A stretch of 64,000 nucleotides of DNA, taken from positions 12,875 to 76,874 of the forward strand of contig JBAZOP010000004.1 of NCBI GenBank assembly GCA_041648665.1, given 5' to 3'. Source of the stretch: a bacterium. Lineage in GTDB: Bacteria; UBA10199; 2-02-FULL-44-16; JAAZCA01. Position 1 is the stretch's first letter, and every line of letters starts with the position of its first letter. Below the pieces are notes generated by a model that saw nothing but the letters and a program-made list of their open reading frames with translations, did no database searches and was not told the DNA's origin. The position numbers and the translations under genes are program-made. Positions 45,100-59,430 of the stretch are shown here, in pieces.

Positions 45100-46023
45100 A
45101 TGCGCCCCGTTAATGTAATTGTCATGACGATGAACAGCGAGAACGAACTCTTCCTGAAGACCGCCTTCAAAATAGCGGCCAAGATTTCGGCAGCCGCCAT
45201 CATGATCCACGCGGACCCCTTGGACGATATGGAGTTTGCCGATCCTGTTCCCAGGAAGCGCAAGCTCGTGCTCATCACCAGGAAGAAAAAACGGGAGGGC
45301 CTGGACGAGGACAAGGGCGCCCTCTTCTCCAAGGCCACCGCGGTCCTCACTCTTCCGCGAATAGCCCTCACCAGGGTTTCGCTCATCAAGATAGGCACGA
45401 CCCTGGCGCTCTCGCAGGAGATCGTGAAGCCGGGCGACAAACTGGTGTTCGCCGTCGGCCCGGCAGACTCGGGGCCGCTGGACCTCATACAGTCGGTGGA
45501 CACCTCCAAAGATTCGGAGCTCATATTGGGCCGCAGCGTGGCCAGGCTCTCCGAGACGGTGCAGCCCGAGCTCTTCCAGGCCGTGCTCAACCTCACCATC
45601 GAGCTGGCCGAGACAGGCCGCGAGGGGAAACCGCTTGGCACCATCTTCGTGGTCGGCGACCACGAGAAGGTGATGCAGCTCTCCAAACAGATGATCATGA
45701 ACCCGTTCCGCGGCTACGAGGAGGAGGAGCGCAACATCCTCACCTGCTCCATGAAGGAGACCATGCGCGAGTTCGCGGCCATGGACGGCGCATTCGTCAT
45801 CGCGGACGACGGCACGGTGCTCGCCGCCGGACGCTATCTCGGCGCGGCGACGGACGAGTCTCACCTGCCGCGCGGTCTGGGAAGCCGCCACATTGCCGCC
45901 GCGGGCATCACGACCTTGACCCGCGCCGTCGCGTTTGTTATATCGGAGTCCTCCGGGGACGTGCGGATATTCAAGGACGGCAAAATCATAATGCACATCG
46001 AGAAGGCCCCATCCAAAAAGTGA
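45100..46023 (+). CDS. DAC (DisA_N) domain protein, putative diadenylate cyclase with a pyruvate-kinase-C-like N-terminal domain (CdaZ/DacZ-like architecture)
   Basis: The C-terminal half has DGA (AMDGAFVI) and an RHR-like motif (GSRHIAAAG), then SESSGDVRIF. The N-terminal ~140 aa has an alpha/beta pattern resembling the PK C-terminal domain. Confidence 0.7.
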   Translation: MRPVNVIVMTMNSENELFLKTAFKIAAKISAAAIMIHADPLDDMEFADPVPRKRKLVLITRKKKREGLDEDKGALFSKATAVLTLPRIALTRVSLIKIGTTLALSQEIVKPGDKLVFAVGPADSGPLDLIQSVDTSKDSELILGRSVARLSETVQPELFQAVLNLTIELAETGREGKPLGTIFVVGDHEKVMQLSKQMIMNPFRGYEEEERNILTCSMKETMREFAAMDGAFVIADDGTVLAAGRYLGAATDESHLPRGLGSRHIAAAGITTLTRAVAFVISESSGDVRIFKDGKIIMHIEKAPSKK

Positions 46024-46042
46024 TGATCGGAGCAGAGACACC

Positions 46043-46261
46043 ATGTCAAGGAAAGAGCTGATGGAAAGCAAAGAGGTGAAGTTCGACGTGAGGCTGATCG
46101 AACGCGAGCTGAGGGAAGGCAAGATCAGCCGAAAGGATTACGAGGCCTATATTAGCAGCCTCGCCGACGACGAGTCCCGCGGGATGCTGGTCGAAATCCC
46201 CCGGGAAGGCGACGAAGAACCGGCCCAGGCGGAAGAGGGCCTCACCTTCACGCACGGCTAG
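46043..46261 (+). CDS. small charged hypothetical protein
   Basis: 72-aa ORF starting 20 nt after the DAC gene. No motif was recognised. Confidence 0.4.
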   Translation: MSRKELMESKEVKFDVRLIERELREGKISRKDYEAYISSLADDESRGMLVEIPREGDEEPAQAEEGLTFTHG

Positions 46262-46929
46262 CCCCCACTGATCTCCACCATCTCGCAGCCGAACGCCCCC
46301 GCGGCGGCGCGCACGATCGCGCGTTTGATCTGCCCAATATGCTGCGGCCGGCCGAGCACGCGCTCCATGGTCGTGACCCCCCTGTCGCTGATCCCGCACG
46401 CCACTATGTGCCGATAAGGCGCAAGGTCGCAGCTCGCGTTCAGCGCGAAGCCGTGCTGCGTGACGTTGTGGGAGATGTGGAGGCCGATCGCAGCGATCTT
46501 GTCGCAGCCGACCCAGAGGCCCGGATGATCCTTGTCGCGCGCGGCCTCTATGCCGAACCCAGCGAGCGCATCCATGAGCATCCCCTCGATCGCGCGCACG
46601 AACTCCTTCACGCCAAGCCCGATCGAGCCCAGATCAAAGATGAAATAGCCAACGACCTGCCCGGGGCCGTGATAGGTCGCCCTGCCGCCCCTGTTGGTGA
46701 CGAAGAGATCTATCCCCTCCTTCGCGAGCTCATCCTCAGGCGTGAGCACGTCGGAGGAGATACCCCTCTTGCCCTGCGTGATCACCGGAAGATGCTCGAG
46801 CAGGAGCAAACGGTCCCGGATCTCTCCGGCGAGCCTCTGCCCGCGCAACCGTTCCTGCAGCGACCACGCATCGGCGTAGCGGACCGCGCCCAGGTCCTGC
46901 CATTCGATGATAGGTTTTTCGCGGCTCAT
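46258..46929 (-). CDS. lipB: lipoyl(octanoyl) transferase
   Basis: Contains RGGRATYHGPGQ and KIAAIG motifs. The ATG at 46929 forms an ATGA overlap with the upstream gene's stop. The longer ORF to 47292 is an artefact. Confidence 0.9.
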   Translation of the reverse strand: MSREKPIIEWQDLGAVRYADAWSLQERLRGQRLAGEIRDRLLLLEHLPVITQGKRGISSDVLTPEDELAKEGIDLFVTNRGGRATYHGPGQVVGYFIFDLGSIGLGVKEFVRAIEGMLMDALAGFGIEAARDKDHPGLWVGCDKIAAIGLHISHNVTQHGFALNASCDLAPYRHIVACGISDRGVTTMERVLGRPQHIGQIKRAIVRAAAGAFGCEMVEISGG

Positions 46930-47513
46930 CTGCTGTTGTAGCGCTCGTCGTGCATGCGCCTTCTGCGGAGGATCTCGAACCCGAGCATCATGTATCTGAC
47001 GCCGCTTACGAGGATGAGAGCGGAGGTGACGATGACCGCGTAGATCAGCCAGACGGACAAGCGCAAGCCCATGAAGGCGAGCCCCGGGTCCATCTTCACC
47101 GCGAGCCCCAGCGCCGCCACCAGGAGCATGGAGAAGGTCGCTATCTTGGAGACCACGATCGCCCTCAGGGGAAGCTCCACCTTGGTCTTGGTGAGATAGA
47201 TGATCCCGGTGACTATCATCAGGTCGCGGGCAAGGGCGAACAATACGAACCAAAAGGGAAGGATCTTCGCGACGCCGAGAGATATGAAACACGTCTGGAT
47301 GAGCGCTTTGTCGGCTATCGGGTCGAGGAGCGCCCCCATCTTCGACGGGCTCTTGGTGAGCCTGGCGACGGTCCCGTCGATCAAATCAGTTGCGCCCGCC
47401 ACGCAGAAGACGGCCAGCGCCCAGCCGTCCTGGCCGATGACGAAGAGGGCCAGAAAGACCGGCGTGAGCACAAGCCTGAAGATTGTGAGGACGTCCGCCG
47501 GCGTTACTCTCAT
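46926..47513 (-). CDS. CDP-alcohol phosphatidyltransferase family protein (second paralog in the window)
   Basis: Carries the signature DLIDGTVARLTKSPSKMGALLDPIADK. 195 aa and polytopic. Confidence 0.8.
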   Translation of the reverse strand: MRVTPADVLTIFRLVLTPVFLALFVIGQDGWALAVFCVAGATDLIDGTVARLTKSPSKMGALLDPIADKALIQTCFISLGVAKILPFWFVLFALARDLMIVTGIIYLTKTKVELPLRAIVVSKIATFSMLLVAALGLAVKMDPGLAFMGLRLSVWLIYAVIVTSALILVSGVRYMMLGFEILRRRRMHDERYNSR

Positions 47514-47584
47514 TCAGTTCTCCCCCGTATCTTTATATTAAATACATGATCTCCGATACAATATCCAGAGGAAATGCCTGCGCA

Positions 47585-48856
<1,272 letters not shown>

Positions 48857-48861
48857 TGAGG

Positions 48862-51800
48862 TCAGGACATGAATCGGGTCACGTTGTGCCCGAAGAGGCG
48901 GTTCACATCCGCGACCAGCTGCGGCGACGGCGAGATCTTGAGCTCGTCGGGCAGCGAGAGCACGGTCTCGGTGCGGTCCGGTATCACGAGGTGCACGAAC
49001 CCGCGGCACTCGCCGGGGAAGCGCGCGATCACGCTCTTGAGCTGCGAAAGATGGCCGGGCGTCACCTCGGGCTGGGAGAGGAAGAAATGCACGCTCTTGG
49101 TGAGCCGCTGCGGGACCTCGTCGAGCAGCATCACCTCCCTGGCGATCACCTTCACGTTCTCGCCGTCGGCGTCCGTTGTACCTATGACGAAGAGCGGGCG
49201 ATCCCCCTTGACGAGCTGAGAGCAGTTCGCGAACACGTCCGAGAAGAGCACCGTCTCCACCGAGCCCTTCAGATCCTCGATGGTCGCGAAGCACATGCGG
49301 TCCCCGCGGCGGGTGGTGATCTCGCGGAGCTTGTTCACGACCCCGCCGAAACGGACCTCGGCGCCGTCCCCCGCCTCGGCGATGGTCGCCATGTCGCAGC
49401 TCGCATACTGCCCAAGCATCTGCTCGTACTGTGCGAGCGGATGGCCGGTGATGTAAAAGCCGAGCGATTCCTTCTCATAGGCGAGCATCTGCCTCTCGCC
49501 CCATTCGGAGACGTCCGGCATCTCCGGCTCAGGCATCGCGCCCGCGCCCTGCGGCATCGAGTCGAAGAGCCCGGTCTGCCCGCTCTGCCGGTCGCGCTGC
49601 CTGGAGGCCGCCATCTCCATCGCCATGTCGAGCGCCGCGAGCATGGCCGCGCGCGGGACGCCGGCGAAATCAAAGGCCCCGCACTTGATGAGGCTCTCTA
49701 TCACGCGCTTGTTCACGCGCCTGGTGTCGATGCGCTCGCAGAAGTCGAAGAGGGAGGCGAACCTGCCGGCCTCGTTCCTCGCCTGGACGATGCTCTCGAT
49801 GGCTCCCTCGCCGACGTTCTTCACCGCGGCCAGCCCGAAGCGGATCGTGTTGTCCCCCACCACGGAGAAATCGCGGTCGCTCTCGTTCACGTCGGGGGGC
49901 AGGACTTTGATGTCGTGGGCGCGACAATCGTTCATGTACGCGAGTATCTTGTCCGTGACGTCCTTCTCAGAGGTGAGCAGGGCCGCCATGAACTCGGTGG
50001 GGTGATGCGCCTTGAGGAAGGCGGTCTGGTAGGCGACCATGGCGTAGGCCGCGCTGTGCGACTTGTTGAACCCGTACTCGGCGAACTTGGCCATGAGGTC
50101 GAAGATCTGCTCCGCCTTCGCCTTGCCCAGCCCGTTGGCCACGGCGCCGGTCACGAAGCGGTCGCGCTGCTTCTGCATCTCCTCGGGCTTCTTCTTGCCC
50201 ATGGCGCGCCTGAGCAGATCCGCCTCGCCCAGGGTGTAGCTGGCGAGCAGGTTCGCGATGTGCATCACCTGTTCCTGGTAGACGATCACTCCGTAGGTGT
50301 CCCGGAGGATATCCTCGAGCTGCGGCAGTATGTGCCTGATCTCGGTGCGGCCGTGCTTGCGGTTGATGAAGTCGTCCACCATGCCGGAGCCTAAGGGGCC
50401 CGGTCTGAAGAGCGCCACCAGGGCCACGATGTCCTCGAACGCGGTGGGTTTGAGCTTCATCACGAGGTCGGTCATGCCGGAGCTTTCCAGCTGGAACACG
50501 CCCTGTGTGTCCCCCTCGGAGAGCTTCTCGAAGACCTTCGGATCGTCGAGCGGCAACGCGTCTATCTCGATCCTCTCGCCGCTCCTCTGCTCGATGATCT
50601 TTATCGCGTCCTCTATGACCGTGAGCGTCTTGAGGCCGAGGAAGTCGAACTTCACGAGCCCCATCTTCTCCACCGCCTTCATGTCGAACTGGGTCACCAC
50701 CTCGTCCTTCGACCCGCGGTAGAGCGGCAGGAACTCGGTGAGAGGCTGGTCCGAGATCACGACGCCGGCCGCGTGCGTGGATGCGTGCCTGGGAAATCCC
50801 TCGAGCCCCCGCGCTATCTCCAGCATGTGCGAGACCCTCTCGTCCTTGCGCGCCATCTCCGAGAGGCGGGGCTCGATCTTCAGCGCCTCGTCCAGCGTCA
50901 TGTCTATCGTGGCGGGGATGAGCTTGGCGATCTTGTCCACCTCGGCGTAAGGGATGCCGAGAACCCTGCCCACGTCGCGCACCACCGCGCGCGCCTTCAT
51001 CTTGCCGAAGGTGATGATCTGGCCGACGTTGCCGTACTTCTTCGCAACGTAGTCGATGACCTCGCCGCGGCGGCGCTTGCAGAAGTCGATGTCCACGTCC
51101 GGCATGCTGATGCGCTCCGGGTTGAGGAAGCGCTCGAAGATGAGCCCGTGCTCGATAGGGTCGATGTTCGTGATGCCGAGGCAGTATGCGGTGAGAGATC
51201 CGGCGGCGGAGCCGCGGCCCGGCCCGACCGGCAGGTTCACGCTCCGCGCATAACCTATGAAGTCGGCGACTATGAGGAAGTAGCCGGCGAAGCCCATCTT
51301 CACGATGACCTTGACCTCCTCATCGAGCCTGGCCTCGTACGCCTTTCTCGTCTCGTCGCGGGCCTCGGGCCTGCGCTGAGATATCGAGGCGAACCTCTGC
51401 TCCAGACCCTGCCTCGCCCTCGCCTCGAGATAGGTGGCTAGATCCTGTCCCTCGGGCGGCACGAACTTGGGGAAATGGTAGGTCTTGAAGTCGAAATCGA
51501 GGTTGAGCCTCTCCGCGATCGCCACCGTGTTGGAGAGCGCCTCGGGGCAGTGGGAGAAGAGCTCGGCCATCTCTTCCGGGCTCTTGAGATAGAACTCCTG
51601 GCTGCCGAGCCTCATGCGCTCCGGGTCGTCCAGGTTCTTGCCGGTCTGTATGCACAGGAGCGCGTCGTGCGCAGCCGCGTCCTTGCGCGTGATGTAGTGG
51701 ACGTCGTTGGTGGCCACGAGCCCGATGCCGAGCTCGCCGCCCAGCTTTATCAGCCCCCCGTTCACCCCCTCCTGGTCAGGGAGGTTGTGATCCTGGAGCT

Positions 51801-52329
51801 CCAGGAAGAAGCGGTTTTCAGGGAATATGGCGGCCAACTCCTCTGCCGCACCCTTGGCCGCATCCCAGTTGCCCGCTGCCAGGGCCTGGGCGACCTCCCC
51901 TTTCAAACACCCGGAGAGCACGATCAGCCCCTTGCTGTGCTCGCGTAATATCTCTTTATCAATTCGAGGCTTATAATAGAACCCCTCTAAATAACTTGAA
52001 CTGACCAGACGACACAGATTCCGATATCCCTCCCTGTTTTTGCACAACAGGGTGATGTGGGAGAGCGACCCCTCCTGTCCCAGGTTCCTCACGAGCCTCG
52101 ACCCCTTGGTCAAAAGATAGGCCTCACAGCCTATGCAGGGCTTCACCCCTGCCTTGGAAAGGGTCTGATAGAACTCTATGGCGCCGAAGAGGTTGCCATG
52201 GTCGGTTATGGCCAGCGCCGGCATCTTGAGCTCCTTGGCGCGATTGGCCAAGGCCTCGATGGGAGCCGCCCCGTCGAGGAGGCTGTAAAAGGAGTGCACG
52301 TGCAGATGTACGAAATTGGAGTGATACAC
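48862..52329 (-). CDS. dnaE: DNA polymerase III alpha subunit
   Basis: 1155 aa. It has a PHP domain N-terminus (FVHLHVHSFYSLLDGA), polymerase core motifs and an OB fold. The start is GTG. Confidence 0.95.
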   Translation of the reverse strand: MYHSNFVHLHVHSFYSLLDGAAPIEALANRAKELKMPALAITDHGNLFGAIEFYQTLSKAGVKPCIGCEAYLLTKGSRLVRNLGQEGSLSHITLLCKNREGYRNLCRLVSSSYLEGFYYKPRIDKEILREHSKGLIVLSGCLKGEVAQALAAGNWDAAKGAAEELAAIFPENRFFLELQDHNLPDQEGVNGGLIKLGGELGIGLVATNDVHYITRKDAAAHDALLCIQTGKNLDDPERMRLGSQEFYLKSPEEMAELFSHCPEALSNTVAIAERLNLDFDFKTYHFPKFVPPEGQDLATYLEARARQGLEQRFASISQRRPEARDETRKAYEARLDEEVKVIVKMGFAGYFLIVADFIGYARSVNLPVGPGRGSAAGSLTAYCLGITNIDPIEHGLIFERFLNPERISMPDVDIDFCKRRRGEVIDYVAKKYGNVGQIITFGKMKARAVVRDVGRVLGIPYAEVDKIAKLIPATIDMTLDEALKIEPRLSEMARKDERVSHMLEIARGLEGFPRHASTHAAGVVISDQPLTEFLPLYRGSKDEVVTQFDMKAVEKMGLVKFDFLGLKTLTVIEDAIKIIEQRSGERIEIDALPLDDPKVFEKLSEGDTQGVFQLESSGMTDLVMKLKPTAFEDIVALVALFRPGPLGSGMVDDFINRKHGRTEIRHILPQLEDILRDTYGVIVYQEQVMHIANLLASYTLGEADLLRRAMGKKKPEEMQKQRDRFVTGAVANGLGKAKAEQIFDLMAKFAEYGFNKSHSAAYAMVAYQTAFLKAHHPTEFMAALLTSEKDVTDKILAYMNDCRAHDIKVLPPDVNESDRDFSVVGDNTIRFGLAAVKNVGEGAIESIVQARNEAGRFASLFDFCERIDTRRVNKRVIESLIKCGAFDFAGVPRAAMLAALDMAMEMAASRQRDRQSGQTGLFDSMPQGAGAMPEPEMPDVSEWGERQMLAYEKESLGFYITGHPLAQYEQMLGQYASCDMATIAEAGDGAEVRFGGVVNKLREITTRRGDRMCFATIEDLKGSVETVLFSDVFANCSQLVKGDRPLFVIGTTDADGENVKVIAREVMLLDEVPQRLTKSVHFFLSQPEVTPGHLSQLKSVIARFPGECRGFVHLVIPDRTETVLSLPDELKISPSPQLVADVNRLFGHNVTRFMS

Positions 52330-52335
52330 AGCCCT

Positions 52336-53877
<1,542 letters not shown>

Positions 53878-53885
53878 CAAACGCC

Positions 53886-55361
<1,476 letters not shown>

Positions 55362-55409
55362 CTATATCTGCACAGCCGCCGATGTCAAGGGCTAGAGACG
55401 GTTGGGATC

Positions 55410-57587
55410 TCACTGACCCCTGCGCGGAGCGACTTCAGGGGCCAGATCGCCGGTCCTGCCCTCGTCGATTGCCGGCGGAACGTTGATCACGGCGCCAGAC
55501 TGGGGCTGAGACTGGGCAGCGCCCTCAGACTCCTGCACAGGTTGATACACAGGCTGATAGACCGGCTGATAATAGGGCTGAGTGGGGATCGGCGCCGACT
55601 GCGGCATCGGCGCAGGTGCTGGGACGGGCGCCGGCGATGGGGCCGGGACAGGGGCGCTCGATTTCGGCGCCTCATAGATCGGCTCGAGCACAGGCTCATA
55701 GACCGGCTGGTAAACAGGCTCCATGAGCCTCTGCACCTTCGGCATATGGCCGCCGTAGCGCGCATCCGAGATCGTGAAGACCACCCTGCGGTTGAGCCTG
55801 CGGCCCTCTTCCGTATCGTTGGCGGCAGCCGGATCTGCGGAACCGTAGGCCACCGGCTGCAGTTCCACGCCGGGCCTGAGACCGTGCGAACGCATATATT
55901 CGATCACAACGCGGCACCGTTTGAGCGAGATCGTCTCGTTGGCGGAGGGGGTCCCGATCGCGTCCGCATGCCCGCCTATCTTCACGTTGCTGATCCAGGG
56001 GGTCGAATTGATGAACCTGATCACCTCTTCGATGCCGGGTATCGAATCGGAGCGGATCACGGAGCTGTTGAAATCGAAATAGACCGGCGTGAGCGTCTGT
56101 ATCTCTCCGCCGCGTATCCCGCCGTAACGCTGGCTCTCGAGCATGGCCAGCCGATCCACCTCGCCCCAGTCGATCTCGCCGTAGGTGTCGACCAGCTCAT
56201 AGTATTTCGGGCACGCCGGATCGTCCACGCCGCTCTTGAAATTCTCAGGCGGCGGGCAGGTCTTTGCGAGCAGCCTCGAATCCTCGAAGTCGTAATATTT
56301 GGGGCAGGCCTGGTCGTGTATCTGCGCGTTGAAGTTGGCCGGGTCGTCCGGACACACGAGGCTCATCTCCGCCAATCCCAACGAGACTATGTTGCGGACC
56401 TCTTCGGGCGAATAGAGTTCCGAGAGGTCGAAGACCTTGGGGCACGCCTGGTCGTGGTAGCGCGGATCGAAGTCCTCGGCCTTCGCCGGGCAACGCAGGA
56501 CCAGCGTGGCCAGCTCCTTCAGTTCATAATACTTCGGACACGCGTCATCGTGAACACCCTCTTTCCACTCCGCCGGATCGGGCGGACAGTCCTTCGCAAG
56601 ATTATAGAGTTGGCTCTTCGTGAATCCGGCATATGCGGAGGAGCACAGCGGGCCCCGCGTCATCTCCTTGGCCTTGAACTTCGGCGTCATCAGCCTGTAC
56701 TTGGCGCCCAGCACAGAGCGAAACCTGGCGCCCTTGACGCCGCAGATAAGACACGTGCCGAAGCCTGCGTGCAGCGTGACGCCTGTCTGCTTCACGTTCC
56801 AGCGCACTCCGGCCATGGCTTCGGTCGGGTTGTTGTCCACGTTGCTGAAGAGATTGGAGAAGCTGCCCTCGGCATTTACCTCGCCGAACGCGTCGATGCC
56901 GTAGTCGAAGTTTCCCTCAGCGCCCAGGCCCACGAGGAACTTATGCTGGAGGGAGACGTTGGAGGCCGTGGTCTTCTTGCCCCCCTGGTACCCCAGGTTC
57001 AGCGTCATCCCGAACCTGGGATGTATCCTCCCGTCCAGCACCGCGACGAGACCGCCGGTGAAGCCCGGTTCGCCCACGAAATGCGAGGACTTTCCGGTCG
57101 GGAAGGTGATGAACGGCACGAAGGCGAGCCCTATGTGTTTGCGACACGCATCCAGCACCCTGGCCTTGGCCTCGAGCCTGATGTCGCCCATATCCATGAC
57201 ATTGCTTCTGGTTGCGCCGGTCGTGTACGGATCGAGCAGCGAGTTGATGAGCACGAACGGGACGTCCACCCCGAACTCCAGGAAGTCCAACGCCCCGATG
57301 GCGGCCACGAAATCGGCCGCGAGCATGTTGTTGATGACCTTCTGCGTGGGCTGAGTGCCGAAACGCACGTTGAGCGGATCGTAAGCGTAATCGAAATAGA
57401 GGCCCGCGTCGAACTGCAGCGCACGCAGCGTCTGGGTGTCATAGAGCATGAGATACGTGTTCGGGCCTGTGGCGGGCCTGAAGAACCTTGAGTTGAAGGT
57501 GAGGCTGTCGGCAAATGAGGCGGCGGAGGGCAGCGTCGCGGCAGCGACAAGAACGGCGGATAAGACCGTTTTCCTGATCGAAAACAT
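55410..57587 (-). CDS. OmpA-family outer-membrane protein with an internal Cys-motif repeat region and a Pro-rich tail
   Basis: Signal peptide and an N-terminal barrel-like region. Four repeats of CP...D.ACPK(Y/V)(Y/F)(E/D)(L/F) lie at aa ~334-466. The OmpA_C domain has (VYFDFNSSVI...GHADAIG...NRRVVF). The tail is YQPV/PAP-rich. Confidence 0.8.
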   Translation of the reverse strand: MFSIRKTVLSAVLVAAATLPSAASFADSLTFNSRFFRPATGPNTYLMLYDTQTLRALQFDAGLYFDYAYDPLNVRFGTQPTQKVINNMLAADFVAAIGALDFLEFGVDVPFVLINSLLDPYTTGATRSNVMDMGDIRLEAKARVLDACRKHIGLAFVPFITFPTGKSSHFVGEPGFTGGLVAVLDGRIHPRFGMTLNLGYQGGKKTTASNVSLQHKFLVGLGAEGNFDYGIDAFGEVNAEGSFSNLFSNVDNNPTEAMAGVRWNVKQTGVTLHAGFGTCLICGVKGARFRSVLGAKYRLMTPKFKAKEMTRGPLCSSAYAGFTKSQLYNLAKDCPPDPAEWKEGVHDDACPKYYELKELATLVLRCPAKAEDFDPRYHDQACPKVFDLSELYSPEEVRNIVSLGLAEMSLVCPDDPANFNAQIHDQACPKYYDFEDSRLLAKTCPPPENFKSGVDDPACPKYYELVDTYGEIDWGEVDRLAMLESQRYGGIRGGEIQTLTPVYFDFNSSVIRSDSIPGIEEVIRFINSTPWISNVKIGGHADAIGTPSANETISLKRCRVVIEYMRSHGLRPGVELQPVAYGSADPAAANDTEEGRRLNRRVVFTISDARYGGHMPKVQRLMEPVYQPVYEPVLEPIYEAPKSSAPVPAPSPAPVPAPAPMPQSAPIPTQPYYQPVYQPVYQPVQESEGAAQSQPQSGAVINVPPAIDEGRTGDLAPEVAPRRGQ

Positions 57588-57595
57588 GCTTCAAA

Positions 57596-58879
57596 TTACC
57601 AAATGTGCGTCAATCTGGCAACCGATTTGCCGGACTTCTTCGGTTTCTTCTCCTTCTCATGCCTGCGTTCGACCTTGAACGAATAGAGCTTGCCCGAGTT
57701 GCTGAGCATATAGACCTTGTTCTCATGCACGAACGGGTCGCCGAAGCTCCCCTTCTTCACGAATCGCTCGTAGGCGATGTCCCCTGTCTCGCTCTCGATT
57801 ATGAAGATCTTGTCGGTCGTGGAGACCACCGCGATAAAACCCTGGCCCGCAGCCGGCGAGGATATGGCCGGTTTCTCAAGATCCTGCTGCCAGAAGATCT
57901 TTCCGGTTGCGGGATCGAGCGCGTACAGGCTCCCTCCGCCGGAGCTGTAGAGCCTCCCCTCGTGCACCCGGATGTCGCCGACGCCGCCCCCCTCGCTGGT
58001 CCAATCCACGGAGCCGCTCCCCGGGTTGAGCGCATAGAGCGCGCCGTCCGCCGAAGCGGTATACAGCCTGTTCTCGTAGAGCAACGGCGTGCTGTCCACG
58101 TCGTAGACCATCTCGCGCATGTTGCCCAGTTTCCTGACCCACGCGATCGATCCGTCCGATTCGCGGATGGCGCGGATATCGCCGGTCGAGGTGCCCTGGT
58201 ATATCAGCCCGTTCGAGTAGACGGGCGCGGCGGCCCTTCTCACGGAGAAACCGAACTCCCTCTCCGAGGTGTCAGTGTGCCAATGCTCCGAACCGCTCCC
58301 CGCGTCCAGGGCGTAGAGCCTGCCCGACATCGTGGAGACATAGACCCTGCTGCCGGCGACGAGCGGCGCGGCGAGTATTTCGGTGTCGAGCTTCTGGCTC
58401 CAGCGGACGGCGCCGTCCTCCGCGTTGAGGGAATAAAACACCCCCTTGGCATCGCCCACGAAGACGCTGCCCTCGGAATACTCGGCCCTGGACTGCACGG
58501 GCCCCTCCGTCCTGATCTCCCACAGTTTCTTCGCCCGCGGAAGCGCGAAGGCGTAGAATCTGCCGGCATCCGCGCCTATGAAGAGTTTGCCATCGGCCAC
58601 GAGAGGCGTTGAGAACTGATACGGCTTCTTGTTCCAGAAGGAAGACTTCTTGAGGCTGGATATGCGGTCCTTGCTCACCTTCCAGCGGCGAGGCGCCTCT
58701 CCCGTGAGGCCCGATGCCCGCCTCTGCTCGTTGCGCCTCTGCGATTCCTGGCTCGTGAAGTGGCGCTTGTACGGCTGATGCTCCGCGATCGCCGCAGAGG
58801 AAAGAGCGAAGGCGCAGATCGCCGCAGCGAGAGCGACCGACATCGCCGTCGTCAGATGTGTCCGTTTGCCGTAAGCCAT
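57596..58879 (-). CDS. PQQ-like beta-propeller repeat protein, BamB-like
   Basis: Repeated G.(L/V)YA(L/F)(D/N)...G...W blades (FYAFAL, FYSLNAEDGAVRW, LYALDAGSGSEHW, LYALNPGSGSVDW, LYALDPATGKIFW). The synteny with yfgM-like and der matches many proteobacteria. Confidence 0.7.
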   Translation of the reverse strand: MAYGKRTHLTTAMSVALAAAICAFALSSAAIAEHQPYKRHFTSQESQRRNEQRRASGLTGEAPRRWKVSKDRISSLKKSSFWNKKPYQFSTPLVADGKLFIGADAGRFYAFALPRAKKLWEIRTEGPVQSRAEYSEGSVFVGDAKGVFYSLNAEDGAVRWSQKLDTEILAAPLVAGSRVYVSTMSGRLYALDAGSGSEHWHTDTSEREFGFSVRRAAAPVYSNGLIYQGTSTGDIRAIRESDGSIAWVRKLGNMREMVYDVDSTPLLYENRLYTASADGALYALNPGSGSVDWTSEGGGVGDIRVHEGRLYSSGGGSLYALDPATGKIFWQQDLEKPAISSPAAGQGFIAVVSTTDKIFIIESETGDIAYERFVKKGSFGDPFVHENKVYMLSNSGKLYSFKVERRHEKEKKPKKSGKSVARLTHIW

Positions 58880-59430
58880 AGCAGGCGCTCCTCGCTGACC
58901 GCACGGACGCCCTTGTCCTGCTCCCCGGCATCCTCGATGATCATCTTGTAAAGGTCCTCAGCCGCCTTGTAGTCGCCGACCTTCTCCAGGCACGAGGCAG
59001 CCATGAGCTCGCTCGCCTTTGATATGAGGTTGGAGGGATCGGCCGCGGCCTTTCGATAGATGTCCGCAGCGGCGGCGGGGTCGTCGTTCGCCAGCTTGAT
59101 CTCCGCGAGTTTGTGAAGCGCCGCGATGCGCAGCATCGGCTGGTTCCTGGAGCCGTCGGACAGCTTGAGGAACTGTTCCTCCGCCTCCGCGTTCTTGCCT
59201 TCGGACATATAGTAAAGCCCCAGGTCCATCATCGCCTTCTTGCCGGCGAAGTATCTGGCGTAGCTCGATGCTACCTCCTTGAGTTTCTCCACCCTCTCCG
59301 CAGAGGCCGCGGGCAGACTCTCCGCCTCGTAGAGCGCGTCGGCCGCGGACATGGAGCGATGCCTGCCGTAGGCCGTAGCTCCCATCATCACCGCCATGAC
59401 CAAGAGCGCGACCGCGCCCAGCTCAAGCAC
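58852..59430 (-). CDS. YfgM-like membrane-anchored TPR protein; the start is uncertain
   Basis: TM anchor followed by TPR-like helices. The reading frame stays open 168 nt further upstream (to the stop at 59596-59598). That stretch encodes a plausible N-terminus (HDEFKDWTVHALIWIRHHW) with no ATG, GTG or TTG. Confidence 0.55.
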   Translation of the reverse strand: MLELGAVALLVMAVMMGATAYGRHRSMSAADALYEAESLPAASAERVEKLKEVASSYARYFAGKKAMMDLGLYYMSEGKNAEAEEQFLKLSDGSRNQPMLRIAALHKLAEIKLANDDPAAAADIYRKAAADPSNLISKASELMAASCLEKVGDYKAAEDLYKMIIEDAGEQDKGVRAVSEERLLWLTANGHI

